Positions 61,187-64,000 of a stretch of DNA of 64,000 bases are shown one piece after another. The translations under genes were made by a program, and so were the position numbers. The notes under the pieces were generated by a model. The model ran no database searches. It saw only the letters and a program-made list of their open reading frames with translations, and had not been told where the DNA came from. The stretch is from Piromyces finnis finn (lineage: Eukaryota; Fungi; Neocallimastigomycota), in assembly GCA_002104945.1 (NCBI GenBank), contig MCFH01000002.1, positions 496,001 through 560,000 on the forward strand. Reading direction: 5' to 3'. Every line of letters begins with the position of its first letter. Position 1 is the stretch's first letter.

Positions 61187-62049
61187 TTTTCTTAAAAATT
61201 CGTTAATTATTATTTAAAAAATTTAAATTTAACTTTGTTTTATTTGAATAAATATTTAATATCTTTTAATTATTAGAATGTTTTCTTTAATAATAGTAAT
61301 TGTTTTAAATACTTTATAGTATTATTTATAAAATTATATAATATATTTTATTTATTTATATTTTTAAAATGTGAAATGATATATAAAGTTATAAGTGAAA
61401 AAAAAAAAAAAAGATTATTTTTTTTGATGTATTTATATTTTTCAAAATTTTTTATGCAAGGGGTAATCATTAATCCAAAAACTTTAATTTTATTAAGATT
61501 CGAAAATTCAAAAATTCTCTCAAAAATTTAATTCTTTTAACCAATAGAATAAATGAATTTTCCATTAAAAATTTTTATTTTTTTATTAACCTGAAGATTA
61601 AAAGAAAAATCAAAATTTTCTTACTTATCCAAAGCGAATTTTCTAAATTAATACTTATTTGATTTTTAATATTTCATCATATATTGAATATATTTAGTTA
61701 TAATATTCTATTCATCTTTTAATTATTTTAATTTCTATCTTTTTTTTTATAATTATCAAAGAACTAATTTAGAAAATTGAAATATTGTTATATATAACTT
61801 CTATGAATTATTATAAATAAGTATAAAAATATAGTAGAAATACAGAAATATAAATATGTTGTTATCAGGTGAACCAGCCTATATTGCTAATATATATAAA
61901 GACTTTAAGGCTAAAATACTAATTAAGATAAAATAATCAATATACAAATATTCTACTATTAAAGCTAATTAATTCATTTACAATAATAAAGTTTTATTCT
62001 AAAAAAAAAAATTACTATTTATTTATTTATTTTATTTACTTAATTAATT

Positions 62050-62340
<291 letters not shown>

Positions 62341-62565
62341 TTGGTTAGTTGGTTAATTTATTATTATAAATTAAACTTCTATAATACTTATTATTAAAAA
62401 AAGCTGTTATATATACTTCGTTAAATTGTGATTACTTAATGTAATATAAAATTTTTATTTTTTTTATGATTATTTAGTTTTTAAATTTTCTATTATTATT
62501 ATTTTATTTTGATTTCATCATTTAATATTTATAAATATTAAAATGCTGAATAAATATAATTTTTT

Positions 62566-63807
62566 TTAAGTTATTTCTCTAAAGAGAGATATTTTTCTTA
62601 TGAAATAAATGATTATAAAACTAATGAAATAGATAATAAAGGATGATACTGGAACCCACCATAATGTATTGTAAGTGTCATTTGGTATAGCTTGCTTTAA
62701 TATTCTAATAATATTATAATGAAGTAAATAAATACCAAATGAACAATCTGATAATGTTATTAATACTTTTTTAAAAGATTTATATTCTATTAATTTGTCA
62801 ATATATTTTTTTACAGGGTATTTAAAGAAAACAAATGTTCCTATCGATTCCATAACAACATTAATACAGTGAAAATCTACAAAATAAAAGTCGGTTCTTT
62901 TTAAATAAAGTGAATAACCACATCTTAATGCAAAAGTTAATAATGTTCCAAGAATACCAATAATATAAGAGAGGTAGATATAAATCTTTTTTGAAAACTC
63001 TTTATTTAACAGGTATCCTAATAAATAATAAACGATATAACTTCCAGAAATCTCTACTAATAAACTTTTAGTATAATTTGTTATGACTTTAAATTCTTTT
63101 ATTTTAAGATAATCATAAAATATAGTATGAAGAGTTGGAATTAATTGTGATATAATACTAAAAAGAATGCAGGTATACCAAGTAATATGTCTATCTGGTG
63201 TTATTTTTTTAATAATTGGTGTTACCATATAAAGACCAATAACAAAATTTAAATACCAAAGATGGTTATGGTTAGAAACAAGTGTATTTAAAATTGTACT
63301 TGATATTGTTTTTTTATAATTGTGAAAATCTTTATTATTATATATATATTTAAATATATTCTCTTCAAAAACATTATAATATACCGTCCAAAATAAATAA
63401 CTTTTGAAAATACGAAAAATATATTTTGAAAACATCGTTTTACAAGAAAGCTCTTTTTTTGGATTTAAAAATAAAATGCCACTAATCATAATAAATAAAG
63501 GAACACATGTTCTTGAAAAACAATTATAAAAGACCGATATAAAATAATGTTTTGAACCAAACTTTAATGAACGAGTATTCGCTGTATGAGTTAGGACTAC
63601 TAGATAATTGGCATATACTCTTAATGCATCCATCCAATATTCTCTTTTTTTTACATATCTTTCTACAGGGGTTTCTAAACCATTTTCTGTGGTTTTCTCA
63701 ATTAATGTTTGTAATTCATTATTGTCAATAATATCTAAATTTACTTCATTTGAATTCTTATCAGAAAAAACTTCTCCTTCATATTTCTTAATATTAGAGT
63801 AGTCCAT
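62566..63807 (-). CDS. Acyltransferase-3 (OafA/WecH-like) membrane O-acyltransferase, intronless
   Basis: Motifs are REYWMDALRVYANYLVVLTH, CVPLFIMISG, HLWYL and LSDCSFGIYLLH, with multiple TM segments. The first ATG is at 63807; the ORF track starts at an upstream TTG. Confidence 0.9.
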   Translation of the reverse strand: MDYSNIKKYEGEVFSDKNSNEVNLDIIDNNELQTLIEKTTENGLETPVERYVKKREYWMDALRVYANYLVVLTHTANTRSLKFGSKHYFISVFYNCFSRTCVPLFIMISGILFLNPKKELSCKTMFSKYIFRIFKSYLFWTVYYNVFEENIFKYIYNNKDFHNYKKTISSTILNTLVSNHNHLWYLNFVIGLYMVTPIIKKITPDRHITWYTCILFSIISQLIPTLHTIFYDYLKIKEFKVITNYTKSLLVEISGSYIVYYLLGYLLNKEFSKKIYIYLSYIIGILGTLLTFALRCGYSLYLKRTDFYFVDFHCINVVMESIGTFVFFKYPVKKYIDKLIEYKSFKKVLITLSDCSFGIYLLHYNIIRILKQAIPNDTYNTLWWVPVSSFIIYFISFIIIYFIRKISLFREIT

Positions 63808-64000
63808 TAACAAAATATTTTTAGCTTATTATTTTAGTGTTGTTTGTTGTTATTACTCTTTATTTTTTACTTTTAACTATAATATATATATTTTTTTTTT
63901 CTCTTTTTAATTTTATGTATATATATGATAATTATAATTCAATTATTTATTCTTTTTTTTTTACAGCCAAGTTTTATTTAAAAATTATTTTACTATATAT

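Overview
This is extremely AT-rich, intron-rich eukaryotic DNA. By inference it comes from an anaerobic gut fungus (Neocallimastigomycota), based on the very low GC, short GT-AG introns, a secreted CotH-CBM18 protein and a bacterial-type acyltransferase. Protein genes read by hand from spliced exons, in order: TPC1-like mitochondrial carrier, UDP-galactose transporter, DEG15/TYSND1-like protease ending in a PTS1 (CKL), tripeptidyl peptidase II, CDC48, a hotdog-fold thioesterase, SEC15, THOC7, a repeat-rich coiled-coil protein, a Bicaudal-C-like KH+SAM protein, CotH+4xCBM18, an unknown low-complexity protein, an intronless VWA protein and an intronless acyltransferase-3. Three signals stand out. 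(1) A 4.7-kb non-autonomous LTR element (4916-9599) has apparently identical 217-bp LTRs, a TATAT target-site duplication and a PPT. Its primer-binding site matches the anticodon arm of tRNA-Lys(CUU) in half-tRNA register, and it carries a decayed seryl-tRNA synthetase fragment. (2) The DEG15 gene contains two minor-spliceosome (U12) introns, one AT-AC and one GT-AG. (3) The peroxisomal-type protease and the Bicaudal-C-like architecture look like ancestral features retained in an anaerobic fungus. Family calls rest on recalled motifs, not database searches. Internal exon boundaries are approximate unless stated.
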